Part shown: piece after piece, positions 63,356 through 64,000 of the stretch
Layout of the letters: each line of letters begins with the position of its first letter
How positions within the stretch are numbered: position 1 is the first letter of the stretch
Assembly: GCA_965112155.1 (NCBI GenBank)
Contig: OZ218098.1
Strand: one strand, 5' to 3'
Length of the DNA: 64,000 bases
Origin: Podarcis liolepis
Lineage: Eukaryota
The notes under the pieces: generated by a model
The model's database searches: none
The model's input: only the letters and a program-made list of their open reading frames with translations
What the model was told of the DNA's origin: nothing
Made by a program: the position numbers and the translations under genes

Positions 63356-63679
63356 GTGTACATATCAACTCTTTGTGTATACAGATCATACACTTGTTGA
63401 ATGTAACATCTGAACACCCTTCATATCTTAGCTTAATAAAGTAAGTTCACTAGGTGCAAATAGTAAACAGCTGCTACCTCTGTCTCTGTCTCTGTCTCTC
63501 TCACACACCTCTCCCTCCCTCTCTCTGCCTAAGTGCATTTCTCCCTCATACAAACCACACATTCAAATATACCTCCCCGCTCAGACACTACACACATATA
63601 TATCCATCTCTGTGCCCAACTGTGTAATTCTTAAAACACACAGTCCTTTCATGGGGTGAAGCAAGTGCCTTCTGTAAGC

Positions 63680-63733
63680 CACCCAGAGTGGCTGGGAAAA
63701 CCCACCCAGAGTGGCTGGGAAAACCCACCCAGA
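63680..63733. repeat. 23-bp tandem duplication within an L2-type 3' end
   Basis: CCACCCAGAGTGGCTGGGAAAAC x2 plus a partial copy, followed by an AT-rich tail. Confidence 0.8.
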
Positions 63734-64000
63734 TGGGCAGGGTATACCGGTAAATAATAATATCATTATTATTGAAATTATTATTTTTATTCTGCCAGTT
63801 CCAGGTAGGCAACAAAGAAGCAAAGAGGATGGGCCACTAGGCAAGCAAGGAAGTCATTCCTACCATTTCTCCCCCCTCCACAATCCTTGCAGACCAACCA
63901 AATCCAAGGCAGCAGGCCCTCCCAGCTCAACCCTGCCCCCTGCCCCCAAATATTGAGGGTTACCAAGCTGGCAGTCGTAGGCGCCATGGTGTCTGGAAGA

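Overview
This is vertebrate genomic DNA from a squamate, most likely a lacertid lizard, judged from the Sauria SINEs, squamate CR1/L2 LINEs and hAT/Tc1-like MITEs. It holds two convergent spliced genes. (1) On the + strand is a complete 7-exon TGF-beta receptor type-2-like kinase (CDS 2858..32630, 573 aa when my exons are spliced, one GC-AG intron). It looks like a divergent paralog of TGFBR2 rather than TGFBR2 itself. (2) On the - strand is OSBPL11/ORP11, coding exons 2-13 (60756..35702). Its canonical first exon is not in the window. The most striking feature is the GC/CpG-rich island at about 62.05-63.23 kb. It looks like the OSBPL11 promoter, but it lies entirely inside a 1422-bp hAT-type element with perfect 15-bp TIRs (CAGTGTTTCCCAACC) and a perfect 8-bp TSD (GTGTACAT). 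I read it as a Pack-type DNA transposon that captured a CpG-island promoter and first exon from another locus and inserted it into OSBPL11 intron 1, where one captured splice donor is in frame with OSBPL11 exon 2. Also present: a young 5'-truncated L2 with an intact 616-aa RT ORF, CR1 fragments, nested hAT insertions, many MITEs and microsatellites.
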